Numbered from the stretch's first letter, positions 52,867 to 63,297 are shown. The stretch is 64,000 nucleotides of DNA from a virus (IMGVR_UViG_3300005439_000018:13297-77296); one strand, 5' to 3'. Notes: a model not told the origin generated them from the letters alone. A program made the numbers and translations.

Positions 52867-55836
52867 GTGGCAGACGACGGGATGGGCTTCCAAATAGCCT
52901 CTGCCTACGTGCAGATCGACCAGAAGTCCGAGGGGCTGCGGGAGAAGATCCAGTCCGCCATCGCCGCCGCCGTCGAGGGCCTGACCATCGACGTGCGGAC
53001 CAAGGCCGTATCGGACACCCTCCACCAGCAGGTGGCCCAGGCCGTCCACGAGGCCGAGAGCGGCGAGACCATCGAGCTCCCGGTCGAGACCCACGCCGAA
53101 TCGGCGGTGGACAAGCTCAAGACCCTGATCGATGAGGTCAAGGCCGACGCCCATGTCGACCTGAAGCTGGATACCGGCGGGGCCGAGGCCAAGCTGGCCG
53201 AGGTCGCGGCCGAGGAGGAGGAGGTCCGGCGCCGGTCCGAGGACGTCGGCTCCTCCTCCGGGTTCACCAAGCTCAAGGACATGGTCAAGGGCCTGATCGA
53301 CTCCCTCGGTGAGGCCCGGTCCAGCCTGACGTCGGCGGCCTCCCCGCTTGCCGACCTGAGCTCCCGCGCCAGCTCGGCCGGGGGCGCGGTGGCGTCCATG
53401 GCCGGGTCGGTGGGAGGGGCAGTCGGCCCGATGGGGGCGATGATCGCCGCCGCGATCGCCCTGGCGCCCGCGCTGGCCGCCCTGCCCGCCGCGATCGCCG
53501 GGTTCGCGGGCGGCCTGGGCGTGGCGATGGTTGCCATGAAGGGTGTCATCGGGGCGATGGGCGCGGCCAGCCAGGCCAGCGCCGGGGCCGGTGCCTCCGC
53601 CGCCCAGCTGGCCCAGCAGGCGTTCTCCAACGCGCTGGCCATCAAGTCCGCCGAGCAGCAGATCGTCGACGCCAAGCGCCAGGCGGCCGACGCCGCGATC
53701 TCGGCGGCCAACGCCATCATCTCGGCCGACCAGCAGCTCGCCAGCGCCGAGCACTCGGCCGCGATGGCCGCGCAGGAGCTGGCCGACGCCAAGGCCAACG
53801 CCCAGAACACCCTCACCGACCTGAACAACTCGGCGGCCGACGCCCAGAACGGGGTGACCGACGCCCAGCTGGCCGCCCAGCAGGCCGAGCAGGACTACAC
53901 GGCGACCATGGCCAACGGCCTGGCGACCCCGCTCCAGAAGGCCCAGGCCCTTCAGCGGCTGAAGGACGCCCAGCAGGCCCTGACCGACGCCGAGCAGCGC
54001 TCCAAGGAGGCCACCGAGCAGGCCAACAAGGCCAACCAGCAGGGTGTCGACGGCATCCCGTCGGTGGTCAACGCCCAGTATGCCTACCAGCAGGCCGTCG
54101 AGGGGGTGACCAACGCCCAACGCAACCAGGCCAACGTGGCCCGGCAGACGGCCGAGCAGCAGATGCTGGCGGCCCGCTCAATCCAGCAGGCCGAGGAGAA
54201 CCTGACCAACACCTACAAGCAGCAGCAGCTGGCGGCGGCGGCTGCGGCACAGGCGGGGGGTGGCGCAGACGCCTTCGGCCAGGCGATGTCGAAACTTACC
54301 CCGGTAGGCCAGCAGGTGGTCGAGATCCTGCTGAGCATGAAGAAGGGTATGGACGGCGTCGCCCAGAACGCCTTCCTGCCCGGCATGCTCGCGTTCCTCC
54401 AGGACATCCAGCCCCTGATGCCCGAGATCAAGCAGGCCATGACCGAGGTCGGACAGGCCCTGGGCGGGGTGCTGGAGCAGATCGGTGGGCTGTTCCAGAA
54501 CAAGGAGTTTGTCAAGGAATTCTTCCTGGTGTTCCAGGAGGGCGCCCAGTTCATGTCGACCGTCGGGGGCGGCCTCACCAGCCTGTTCCAGCTGGTGACC
54601 CAGGCCGCGTCCCAGGCCGGGCCGATCATCCAGGCGCTCGGCACCGGGCTGTCCGAGATCATGACCGGGCTGGGCGAGCTGTTCGTCGGACTGACCGACA
54701 ACAGTTCCGGAGCGGCCCAGGGCATCCAGGCCGTCCTGGGGTTCATCGGCGACCTGCTGGGACCGCTGGGCCAGATCGTCGGCATGCTGGCGGGGGCCCT
54801 CGGCCCGGCCCTGGCCGCGCTGCGCCCGGCGCTGGACACCTTCGTCAAGCAGTTCGTCGCCGCCCTGGTCCCGATGATGCCCTCGCTGACCAAGGCCCTG
54901 CTCGCCCTGGCCGACGTGTTCGTGCAGCTCCTGCCGATCATCGAGCCCATCATCCCCCTGCTGGCCCAGGACCTCACCCTGGCGTTGCAGATCCTGGCCC
55001 CGCTGCTCGAGGACGTGGCCGGGTTCCTGGCGGACAACGCGGGGTGGCTCAAGTGGGTCGGCGCGGGGTTCCTGGCGCTGTCCGAGCCCGTTCTGACCGT
55101 GATCACCGTGATCACCTACATGTGGGACCACTTCCAGGGCTTCAAGGACTTCGTGCAGCAGATGCTGACCGATATCCACAACTGGTGGTTCGACCTGTGG
55201 CACTTCCTGGACGGCCTGTACCACGACATCGTGGCCGCCACCGAGGCTCAGTGGAGCCTGGTCAAGCACTTCCTGATCGACCCGATCAAGTCCGCCTACG
55301 ACTTCATCACCGGGAAGTTCGACGATCTGGTGGGTATCTGCCTGGGATTGACCGCGCGGGTGGCCCGGGCCGGGGACCACCTGTGGGACTTCCTGGGCGC
55401 CACCCTGAAGGGGTCGGTGAACAGTGTCATCTGGATGGTCAACCAGGTGATCGACGGCATCAACAGCATGACCGGCGCCACCTCCAGCCTGTGGTCCTGG
55501 GCCGGTATCCCCTCGATCGGCAAGATCCCCGACATCCCGCGCCTGGCCGACGGCGGCACGATCACCCACGGCGGCCGGGTCATCGTCGGAGACCGGGGCG
55601 AGGAGGAGATCACCCTGCCGCCCGGCGCCACCGTCACCCCCCTGGCTCACCACCCGTCGGGCGGGATGGGCGGGGGAGGGGGTGGTGGAAGCATCGTGAT
55701 CAACGAGCTGCATGTTACGATCGAGGCCACCGGGTTCCCCGACTTCAGCCGCCCCAACTCGATGGACGCGGCGGCCAAGAAGGCGGCCCGGCAGATCTAT
55801 GAAGCCATCCTCCAGGTGCAGAGGGATCGCACGTGA
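52867..55836 (+). CDS. Tape measure protein
   Basis: 989 aa, Ala/Gln-rich helical; IASAYVQI start; IPRLADGG end. Confidence 0.93.
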   Translation: MADDGMGFQIASAYVQIDQKSEGLREKIQSAIAAAVEGLTIDVRTKAVSDTLHQQVAQAVHEAESGETIELPVETHAESAVDKLKTLIDEVKADAHVDLKLDTGGAEAKLAEVAAEEEEVRRRSEDVGSSSGFTKLKDMVKGLIDSLGEARSSLTSAASPLADLSSRASSAGGAVASMAGSVGGAVGPMGAMIAAAIALAPALAALPAAIAGFAGGLGVAMVAMKGVIGAMGAASQASAGAGASAAQLAQQAFSNALAIKSAEQQIVDAKRQAADAAISAANAIISADQQLASAEHSAAMAAQELADAKANAQNTLTDLNNSAADAQNGVTDAQLAAQQAEQDYTATMANGLATPLQKAQALQRLKDAQQALTDAEQRSKEATEQANKANQQGVDGIPSVVNAQYAYQQAVEGVTNAQRNQANVARQTAEQQMLAARSIQQAEENLTNTYKQQQLAAAAAAQAGGGADAFGQAMSKLTPVGQQVVEILLSMKKGMDGVAQNAFLPGMLAFLQDIQPLMPEIKQAMTEVGQALGGVLEQIGGLFQNKEFVKEFFLVFQEGAQFMSTVGGGLTSLFQLVTQAASQAGPIIQALGTGLSEIMTGLGELFVGLTDNSSGAAQGIQAVLGFIGDLLGPLGQIVGMLAGALGPALAALRPALDTFVKQFVAALVPMMPSLTKALLALADVFVQLLPIIEPIIPLLAQDLTLALQILAPLLEDVAGFLADNAGWLKWVGAGFLALSEPVLTVITVITYMWDHFQGFKDFVQQMLTDIHNWWFDLWHFLDGLYHDIVAATEAQWSLVKHFLIDPIKSAYDFITGKFDDLVGICLGLTARVARAGDHLWDFLGATLKGSVNSVIWMVNQVIDGINSMTGATSSLWSWAGIPSIGKIPDIPRLADGGTITHGGRVIVGDRGEEEITLPPGATVTPLAHHPSGGMGGGGGGGSIVINELHVTIEATGFPDFSRPNSMDAAAKKAARQIYEAILQVQRDRT

Positions 55837-57563
55837 CCCAGTTCGGTACGATCACAGTCGGGCGCTTCCCCCTGGTGGAGTTCCCGACCCAGGCGGCCAC
55901 GGACGCCGCCGCCGTCCCGTCGTCCAACTCGCCCACCGGCCGGACGCTGAAGATAGCCGGGCAGGAGTCGTATCCGTCGGCGCCCGAGATCGGCACCACC
56001 CCCGCCCAGCTGTCGGCCTGGCGCTCGGACATGGCCGGGCTGGTGAACGAGCTGGTGCCCGTCATATTCACGGACAAGTCCGAGCTCAACGGCTACTACC
56101 TGGTCACCGACACCTCCGCCGACCTCCAGAACTGGGAGGGCGAGCAGATCACCCTGACCTGGACCATGGACCTGATGCGGGTGGGCACCGACTATGAGAT
56201 CGACCTGGAGTCGCGCCTGACCGGCGGCACCCGCACCAACTCGTTCGCGCTCACCGGCGTGAAGTGGCACAGCCCCTCGGTCGGCCACTACGCCTACTAC
56301 AGCGCCACCGGCAACACCCCCACCACGGTTGCCCGCGTCGGTTCCGACGGAACCCACCTGGTATATGTCAACCTCCCGGCGGGCAACAGCACCATCCCCC
56401 GCTGGGGGTGCGCGGTCTCCAGCTACATGACCGGCCGGTGCATGTTCATGGATGAGAACGGGATCGAGCGGTCCGGCATCCTGTTCCGCCAGAACAGCCC
56501 CAGCAGCTGGACGCTCCAGAACGGCCTGGTCAAGATCACCCCGGCCGGGGTCGGCAACGGGGTGTTCTCGCTGAGCACGTGGGACCAGGCCCAGAGCGGC
56601 GGCGGCTCGGGCAACTACATGTCCAAGAACTGGGACATCCGGTTCAACGGGACCAGCCTGGGCGGTGTCCCGCTGGGCGTGTCGCTGCTGCGCAACGAGC
56701 CCGAGATGATCGTGCTGCGCATGATCTTCGCCTACCAGACCACCACCCGGCTGACGGTCGACCTGACCCTGCGGCGGGGAGCCCGCCACGTCGAGGTGTT
56801 CGCCCAGGCCCAGAGCGCGGGACAGTTCACGGTGGCCCGCCTGGTGAGCGAGGCGGCCAGCAGCGGGACCGGTTACATCCAGGCTCTCACCGACGACTCC
56901 AACGGCAACGTGTACGTGCTCGGGTCTGCCCTGTCGTTCACCTCGAGCCTGGCCAACGGCTCCATCACGTCGTCGGCCTCGGTCCTGTACATGGACGCCA
57001 TCGTGGGCGCGCAGGCCAACCAGCCCGTGCTGAACACCAACCCGTACTTCGAGACCGACCTGAGCAACTGGACCGCGACCAACGGCACCGTCGCACGGTC
57101 CAACACCCGCGCCCACTCCGGCAGCTGGTCGATGCTGCTGACCCCGACCGGCGGCAACACCCTGGCCTACGGCCAGTCGGAGATGGAGCCGGTCACGGCC
57201 GGGCAGGCGTACGACGCCACGGCCTGGGCCTGGCCGACCAGCGCCATGTCGAACAACATCGGTGTGAGCATCAACTGGTACAGCGCCAGCAGCGCGCTCC
57301 TGTCGACCACCACCAACCAGGCCAACACCGTGAACTCAGGCAACTGGAACTTCCTGGCTGCCAACCGCAACGCTACCGCCCCCGCGTCGGCTGCGTACGC
57401 GACCGTCCAGGCACTAGAATCGGGTACGCCCCCGGCGGGGGCCACGGCGTGGTTCGACGAGGTGAAGCTGCGCCCCAGCGTCTCCACCGGGGACACGGCG
57501 GCCGACCTGTACAGCCAGTACCTGGCGACGCCCTCGGAGCTGGTTCAGGGAATCCGCCGGTAG
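55833..57563 (+). CDS. Distal tail protein with a carbohydrate-binding module
   Basis: After the TMP; C-terminal NPYFE...W...AHSGSWS...FDEV (CBM4/9-like). Confidence 0.75.
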   Translation: MTQFGTITVGRFPLVEFPTQAATDAAAVPSSNSPTGRTLKIAGQESYPSAPEIGTTPAQLSAWRSDMAGLVNELVPVIFTDKSELNGYYLVTDTSADLQNWEGEQITLTWTMDLMRVGTDYEIDLESRLTGGTRTNSFALTGVKWHSPSVGHYAYYSATGNTPTTVARVGSDGTHLVYVNLPAGNSTIPRWGCAVSSYMTGRCMFMDENGIERSGILFRQNSPSSWTLQNGLVKITPAGVGNGVFSLSTWDQAQSGGGSGNYMSKNWDIRFNGTSLGGVPLGVSLLRNEPEMIVLRMIFAYQTTTRLTVDLTLRRGARHVEVFAQAQSAGQFTVARLVSEAASSGTGYIQALTDDSNGNVYVLGSALSFTSSLANGSITSSASVLYMDAIVGAQANQPVLNTNPYFETDLSNWTATNGTVARSNTRAHSGSWSMLLTPTGGNTLAYGQSEMEPVTAGQAYDATAWAWPTSAMSNNIGVSINWYSASSALLSTTTNQANTVNSGNWNFLAANRNATAPASAAYATVQALESGTPPAGATAWFDEVKLRPSVSTGDTAADLYSQYLATPSELVQGIRR

Positions 57564-57582
57564 GCGGGAGGGGGTGGTGTAG

Positions 57583-60432
57583 ATGGCCGTTACCGAAGTC
57601 ATCATGGGGCCGGGGTCCTGGTCGATCACGCTGTCGCCGGACACCCCGCGCACCATCATCGACGCATTGCAGTACTTCCAGCACATCGTGGTCTCGACCG
57701 GCCGCCACAACCCGGCGCTGGAGGGGTCCAGCCTGTTCACGTCCGGACGCTACACCGGCGTGATCACCGGCATCGACTTCCAGTCGCTCAAGAGCGGCCG
57801 GGGACCGGTGATCTCCGGCGAGGGCCTGGCCGGGTGGCTCGGCAACGCCTCCGGGGTCGGCCCCGTGATCGAGGGGTCCAACGCCCCCAGCTCGGCCAAC
57901 GGAGCGGTGTTCACGTCGGCGGCGTACGCCACGGTGATCAACACCCTGCGCCCGTCCTCGATCGCGGCCGGTACCGTCTACCCGATGCCGACCTCGGCCA
58001 CCTACACCGGCGCGTTCGTGTGGCAGCTGCCGCTGAAGGCCCTGACCTCGTTTGCCCAGCAGGTGTCCCAGGGGCAGCTGCCCACCCAGGTCGCCGAGTG
58101 GCGCGTCAATAACAACGCGACGCTGGACTTCGGCCCGGTGGCCAGCCTGTACCGCACCACCCCCTCCATCATCATCGCCCCCAAGGACCCCGGCGTCGAC
58201 ATGTCGCTGCGCGGGCTGGACGGCACGGCCGAGCTGATCGAGGACGTCAAGGACTACACGACCCGCGTCGTGGTGCTGGCATCCGGCCAGGGCACCAGCA
58301 CCGCCGTGGGCGTGGCCAACCTGGCAGACATCGGCGCCACCAACCCGTACACCGACTTCTTTGGCAACCCGGTCAAGATGACCCGGATGGTCTCGGCCAG
58401 CTCGGTGAGCAGCCTAAACGCCACCGCGTCCGCACAGGCCGCCCTGCTCCCGTACTCGACACCGGCCGACCAGGTGCGGCTGTCCAGCAGCGAGTACGAC
58501 ATCAAGGGCGACCTGGTGGTGGGCGACTACGTCTACCTGTACGACCCCGACGCGGGGTTCGTCGACACCACGTACGAGACCGTATTCCGGGGCCAGCGGA
58601 TCAACCCCACCCGGCAGCGGGTGATCCAGGCCGACTGGCCGATCACCTCGGACATGACGGTCGCCTACCGCGACCAGAACGGCACCTGGTACGACCTCAC
58701 CGACTACGTGGTGTTCGAGAACGGCGGCACCACCAACCTGATCGTGGGCGGGTACAACCGCAACCTGGTGTCGACCAGCGAGCCCGTCGGCACCCGGCCC
58801 ATCCCGGACACCACCACCCCCGGCGTACCCGCGTTCGGCACATTCTTCTCCCAGGTGTACCAGTCGGGCAGCGACGGCCGGACCCGCGCCCAGATCCAGG
58901 TCACCTGGTCGACGCCGACCAACACGGACGGCACCACGCTCACGGACCTGGACCACTACGAGATCCGGTACCGTCCCGACCTGAACTCGTACGGCCAGAA
59001 CCCGTCCTACGCCAGCCTGCACACGGCGGGCTACACATACCAGCAGCTGAAGCTCCAGGGCGGCACCTACAAGCAGCTGATCCCGCAGTCCGTGCTGGAC
59101 TGGAAGCCCACGTTCGTGGCCGCCGGTATCAACCAGATCCTCATCCAGGAGCTCACCCCGGGCGTCCTGTACGACTTCCAGATCCGGGCCGTCGACTCCG
59201 CCGCACCCCCGAACCAGGGGTCCTGGTCGGCCACCACCAGCTTCCGGGCCGTGGGCGACCTGATCGCCCCTCCCACGCCCGACGCCCCCACGGTGGCCAG
59301 CAACATGGCCTCGGTCCAGGTCACCTGGGATCTGGGCACCAGCGCGGGCGGTACGTTCAACCAGGCCTCCGACCTGCACCACGTCGAGGTCCACGGGTCG
59401 TACGACCCCCTGTTCACCCCCTCGAACGCGACCAAGCTGGGCAACCTCCCGGCCAACATCGGCAACATCACCGGCCAGATCCCGGTGGTCGGGTCGTTCA
59501 CCATCCCCCCCGGCCAGCCGCCCGCACAGCAGATGTACGTCAAGCTGATCGCGGTCGACGAGTCCGGCAACAAGTCGAACCCCAGCGCCCCCGCCGGGTC
59601 GACCGCCACCCTGTGGTCGAACTCGTACATCACCGACCTGTCGGTGTCCAAGCTGACGGCCGGTACCGTCACCGCCTCGATCATCCTGGCGGGCACCATC
59701 GCCACCGCGCCCTCCGGCGCCCGCGTGCAGATGGACTCCACCGGCGTCCACAGCTTCGACGCCAACGGCAACATGGGCTTCGACCTCAACGCCAACTCGA
59801 TCGCCCTGACCCTGGCGCAGACCGTCGGCGGCGGCAAGATCGTGCTGTCCGCCCCGCCGAACACCTATCCGCTCCTGCAATTCTTCGACACCGCCGGTAC
59901 CAACAGCGGGTTCATCAACGCGGGCAACATCGACGGAAACACGGCCGGGCTGGGCGTGAACGGCGGCGCGTACACCACCGGTGGCAACAGCTATTACCAC
60001 CGGCTGCTGCTGTGGGGGAACTCCGGCGGTATCTTGCAGACGGTCAACCCCGCCCAGGCCCCGGCGGGAGGAAACTTCACTGTCAACGTGGGCAACGCCC
60101 GGTTCGGGGTGCAGAACCCCACCGAGGTCGGCGCGTACAACATCGACAGCACCGGTTTGCACACCGCCTACGGCACCTACGAGAGCCTGGGGTTCGGTAC
60201 CAACTACGACGCGCTGCTGCCGTTTTTCACCAACGTCGCGGGCGGGTTCACCGGCCTGAGTCTGACGTTTGGCGCCACCCTGCTGAGCCAGCCCAGCGTC
60301 GCGGCCACCATCTACGACTCGCACGCCACGAACACGTATGCTACCGTCACCAGCATCACCACGACGGGTATGACGATCACCTACCCGAACGCCAACTCGG
60401 TCCGAGTCATGGGATGGATCTTCCGGGTATGA
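57583..60432 (+). CDS. Baseplate hub / central tail fibre with FN3 domains
   Basis: Hub-like N-terminus; FN3 motifs V.W...YEIRY...Y.FQIRAVD. Confidence 0.75.
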   Translation: MAVTEVIMGPGSWSITLSPDTPRTIIDALQYFQHIVVSTGRHNPALEGSSLFTSGRYTGVITGIDFQSLKSGRGPVISGEGLAGWLGNASGVGPVIEGSNAPSSANGAVFTSAAYATVINTLRPSSIAAGTVYPMPTSATYTGAFVWQLPLKALTSFAQQVSQGQLPTQVAEWRVNNNATLDFGPVASLYRTTPSIIIAPKDPGVDMSLRGLDGTAELIEDVKDYTTRVVVLASGQGTSTAVGVANLADIGATNPYTDFFGNPVKMTRMVSASSVSSLNATASAQAALLPYSTPADQVRLSSSEYDIKGDLVVGDYVYLYDPDAGFVDTTYETVFRGQRINPTRQRVIQADWPITSDMTVAYRDQNGTWYDLTDYVVFENGGTTNLIVGGYNRNLVSTSEPVGTRPIPDTTTPGVPAFGTFFSQVYQSGSDGRTRAQIQVTWSTPTNTDGTTLTDLDHYEIRYRPDLNSYGQNPSYASLHTAGYTYQQLKLQGGTYKQLIPQSVLDWKPTFVAAGINQILIQELTPGVLYDFQIRAVDSAAPPNQGSWSATTSFRAVGDLIAPPTPDAPTVASNMASVQVTWDLGTSAGGTFNQASDLHHVEVHGSYDPLFTPSNATKLGNLPANIGNITGQIPVVGSFTIPPGQPPAQQMYVKLIAVDESGNKSNPSAPAGSTATLWSNSYITDLSVSKLTAGTVTASIILAGTIATAPSGARVQMDSTGVHSFDANGNMGFDLNANSIALTLAQTVGGGKIVLSAPPNTYPLLQFFDTAGTNSGFINAGNIDGNTAGLGVNGGAYTTGGNSYYHRLLLWGNSGGILQTVNPAQAPAGGNFTVNVGNARFGVQNPTEVGAYNIDSTGLHTAYGTYESLGFGTNYDALLPFFTNVAGGFTGLSLTFGATLLSQPSVAATIYDSHATNTYATVTSITTTGMTITYPNANSVRVMGWIFRV

Positions 60433-60884
60433 GCCGCATTCATGTAATCGACGTGGTGGACCGCACCAAGGTCGGCCCCAAGCCCCATTGGCTGGTCGGG
60501 GTCCGGGCGCCGGACGGCACCCGCATAGCCCACGTGTTCCCCACGGACGCCCTGCACTGGCGGGCGGCCGAATATGGGATCGACCCGGCAGACTCCCGCA
60601 CGCTGCTGGACATCGTACTGCACGAGCGCCTGATGGCCGACCGGGACCACGACCACGAGGACCCCTCGTTCGTGTTCAGCACCGACGTGGACACGGCCCG
60701 CCGGGCCCACCTGGGGAGGGTGGCGTCGGTCAAGGAGCGCGACCTGGTCACCGACCCCGGCGGGCTGCTGGCCCCGATCCACGACCACCACAGGGCGACC
60801 CTGGACCCCGAGGCCCACGCCACGCGCCTGGCCCTGGCCGACAAGGCCCGCGCCCGCAACCGAAAGGCCAGGTCCGATGGCTGA
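60429..60884 (+). CDS. Hypothetical tail-module protein
   Basis: ATGA overlap. Confidence 0.6.
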   Translation: MSRIHVIDVVDRTKVGPKPHWLVGVRAPDGTRIAHVFPTDALHWRAAEYGIDPADSRTLLDIVLHERLMADRDHDHEDPSFVFSTDVDTARRAHLGRVASVKERDLVTDPGGLLAPIHDHHRATLDPEAHATRLALADKARARNRKARSDG

Positions 60885-61863
60885 CACATTTACGTCCAAC
60901 CTGCTGCTGATCCTGCCGGACCTGGGCGACACGTTCGACTTCAACGCTCACGTCATCGCCAACTTCACCACGCTCGACACGCTGTTCGGTGCGGTCCAGT
61001 GCACCAGCACCACCCGCCCCACCAACACCTTCGCCGGTCAGATCGTCTACGAGACCGACAGCAAGCGCTACGTCCAGAACACCGGCACCAAGGCGGTCCC
61101 GGCCTGGACCTACATGTCCCACGCCGCGCTGGCGGTCACCGCCGCCACCAACCCCACCAGCGGCCGGTCGACCGGCGGTCTGATCTACGAGACCGACAGC
61201 ACCTATCTGAAGGTGTGGAACGGGTCGGCGTGGGAACAGAAGGCGTATTCGAACCTGGTCACCACCAGCTCGGCCCACCCGGCCTCGCCGTTCCAGGGCC
61301 TGGAGATCTACGAGACCGACACCGGCCTCAACGGCATGTACAACGGATCGGCCTACCGGTACAACGTCGCCCAGGCCTCCGCCACCACCGTGCTGGGCGG
61401 CACCACCGCCTCGGTCACCTTCTCCGGCCTGCCCGCGATCTCCGGGTTCCTGGTGCGGTGGGCGGCCCGAGCCACGGACGCGGTGGCCTCCGAGGCCCTG
61501 TGGCTGCGCTTCAACGGCGACACCGGCGCCAACTACGCCAGCCAGAAGGTGGTCGGCAACAACGCGTCGGCCTCCTCGGTGGCCACCTCCGGCGCGGCCC
61601 AGATCGAGATCGGTACGCTGGTCGGCGCCAACGGCACGGCCAACTACTGGGCATCCGGCTCGTTCGAGGTGAGCCCCGGTGGAACCGGGCAGTATACTAC
61701 GGCTGCGGGCACCGGCGCGGCGTTCGTCACCACGACCAACTCCTTCGCCGGTTCCTACGGCGGGCAGTGGCTCTCGACGGCCACCCCCACCAGCATGACG
61801 GTGCAGGGGGCCTCGGGGTCGCTGGCCGCCCGCTCGTCATTCTCCGTATACGTTCTGCCCTAA
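60877..61863 (+). CDS. Minor tail / fibre protein
   Basis: Three G.I.YETDT...W repeats and a beta-rich C-terminus. Confidence 0.75.
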   Translation: MADTFTSNLLLILPDLGDTFDFNAHVIANFTTLDTLFGAVQCTSTTRPTNTFAGQIVYETDSKRYVQNTGTKAVPAWTYMSHAALAVTAATNPTSGRSTGGLIYETDSTYLKVWNGSAWEQKAYSNLVTTSSAHPASPFQGLEIYETDTGLNGMYNGSAYRYNVAQASATTVLGGTTASVTFSGLPAISGFLVRWAARATDAVASEALWLRFNGDTGANYASQKVVGNNASASSVATSGAAQIEIGTLVGANGTANYWASGSFEVSPGGTGQYTTAAGTGAAFVTTTNSFAGSYGGQWLSTATPTSMTVQGASGSLAARSSFSVYVLP

Positions 61864-61873
61864 GGAGGCGGTA

Positions 61874-62101
61874 GTGGACGACGAAGAGCGTCCTGTCCAT
61901 CTGATCATCGACGTGTCGACGGGGGCTGAAACCTACGTCCCGGTCACGGACGCCGAGTGGGACCAGATGCGCCAGCGCCAGGCGGACGCGGCCACGGAAG
62001 AGGCCCGGAAAGCCACGGAGGCGGCCTCCCTCGCCCAGCAGGCCGCAGAGCACCCGGACCCGCTCGTGAGGGCTCTCGCTGACCGCGCGGGGCTGTCGTG
62101 A
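61874..62101 (+). CDS. Small tail-associated protein
   Basis: AAGGAGG RBS; D.STG.ET.VP.T..E motif. Confidence 0.6.
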   Translation: MDDEERPVHLIIDVSTGAETYVPVTDAEWDQMRQRQADAATEEARKATEAASLAQQAAEHPDPLVRALADRAGLS

Positions 62102-62307
62102 CCCCCGGGACGCAGGAGGAGGTGCCGTACACCCACGTGATCACGGCGCTGAACAGCCAGCTGCTGATCCGGAACAGCGAGCTGGCGATGGCCGAGGCCC
62201 GCATCCTGTCCCGCGACCAGCAGATCCAGGAGCTGCGGGAGCAGGTCCGGGAGCTGAACGTCCGGCTTGGCCAGGTCATGGAGGAATTGCAGGGATCCCC
62301 GGAGTAG
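62098..62307 (+). CDS. Small coiled-coil protein
   Basis: GTGA overlap. Confidence 0.55.
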   Translation: MTPGTQEEVPYTHVITALNSQLLIRNSELAMAEARILSRDQQIQELREQVRELNVRLGQVMEELQGSPE

Positions 62308-62483
62308 GCGGTAGAATACAGCACCACCCCCTCCCGGACTGCGGACGGGAGGGGGTGGTGTAGGGTCGTTAGGCGCCTTGGTATAATATGGGCGGCCTCG
62401 GCGGCACGGTTCCTCCTTACGGAGCGCGAATGGCCGGTCACTCCCAGTCCGGGAGCGCACCGGCCATCCTAGCATATGGATTG

Positions 62484-62843
62484 CTACGCGGACAAGTCCG
62501 GCGGCGGAACCAAGCCCAGCCTCTCCAAGACCTCGGGGTCCGGGTCCGTCATGCAGACGTACGAGCCGTCCCAGCAGGACCGCACCGACGACCCGTCGGG
62601 ACGCACCGCGAACTGGGTGCCGTCCGGCGCCACGATCCGGGCCACCACCCCCGGCTCCAGCGGGGCCGGGCCCTCCGCCAGCTTGGCCAGCACCTCGGCG
62701 GGGGTGGTGCTCGCGCCGGTCTCATCCCGGACGAACGCACCGCCCCAGGACTCCTGGAGCCATCCTCCGTCCGAGTACACTCGGTACTGGGTGCCGTCCG
62801 GGCACACGACGGTGTGGGTCAGAATCGGCTTGGCAGGCGACAT
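62484..62843 (-). CDS. Hypothetical protein with an internal V.PDGTQ(Y/F).V..DG repeat
   Basis: Two copies of the repeat; GAGGAGG RBS. Confidence 0.55.
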   Translation of the reverse strand: MSPAKPILTHTVVCPDGTQYRVYSDGGWLQESWGGAFVRDETGASTTPAEVLAKLAEGPAPLEPGVVARIVAPDGTQFAVRPDGSSVRSCWDGSYVCMTDPDPEVLERLGLVPPPDLSA

Positions 62844-62916
62844 CTTGTCCTCCTCGGTGGGGCCGACGACCGGCCCCGCACCGGGAACCCTACCACACCC
62901 TTGCCCTCGTGGCAAG

Positions 62917-63297
62917 CTATGCCGACTGCTCGGCCAGCACCTGCTCCAGCGCCCGGAGCTGCGCGCGCAGCTCCCCGTTGGTGCGCCGCTCGGTCTCCAG
63001 CGCGACCTCGAGCATCGCGGTCTCGTTGACCATCACCGCGATCAGCCGGGCGTTCTTGTTGGCCACGGCCTGCTGGAGCATCGCCTGGTCGATCTGGATC
63101 GCGTACTGGCCGTCGTCCGCCGGGGCGTCGGCCCGCACCGTGGCCGCGTCCTGGTCCGGCTCGACATCCTGGTCCGGGTCGACCAGCCCGGAACCGACCG
63201 CCGCGTCGACCACCACCCGGGCGATCTCGTCCAGCTTGGCGGCCTCCTCGGGGGTCGGCTTGCGGGTGTAGGCACCGACCGGGCGCTTCTTGCTCAT
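62917..63297 (-). CDS. Hypothetical protein with a C-terminal coiled coil
   Basis: Coupled to the glycosyltransferase gene. Confidence 0.6.
   Translation of the reverse strand: MSKKRPVGAYTRKPTPEEAAKLDEIARVVVDAAVGSGLVDPDQDVEPDQDAATVRADAPADDGQYAIQIDQAMLQQAVANKNARLIAVMVNETAMLEVALETERRTNGELRAQLRALEQVLAEQSA

Larger units (their letters stand above)
714..62360 (+). repeat. Dispersed 13-15 bp motif GG(A/C)GGGGTGGTG(T/C), roughly 35-40 copies, mostly on +
   Basis: Copies near 714, 3927, 5060, 6480, 9314, 13858, 16392, 17630, 23089, 24055, 25132, 27428, 28919, 32248, 36154, 37433, 42066, 49943, 52716, 57567, 62346 and elsewhere. Confidence 0.85.

Noticed and set aside
714-62360. G-rich repeats as a CRISPR array, G-quadruplexes or IS ends
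   Set aside because: The copies are single and dispersed with no regular spacers, have one long G run each, and no cas or transposase gene is present.
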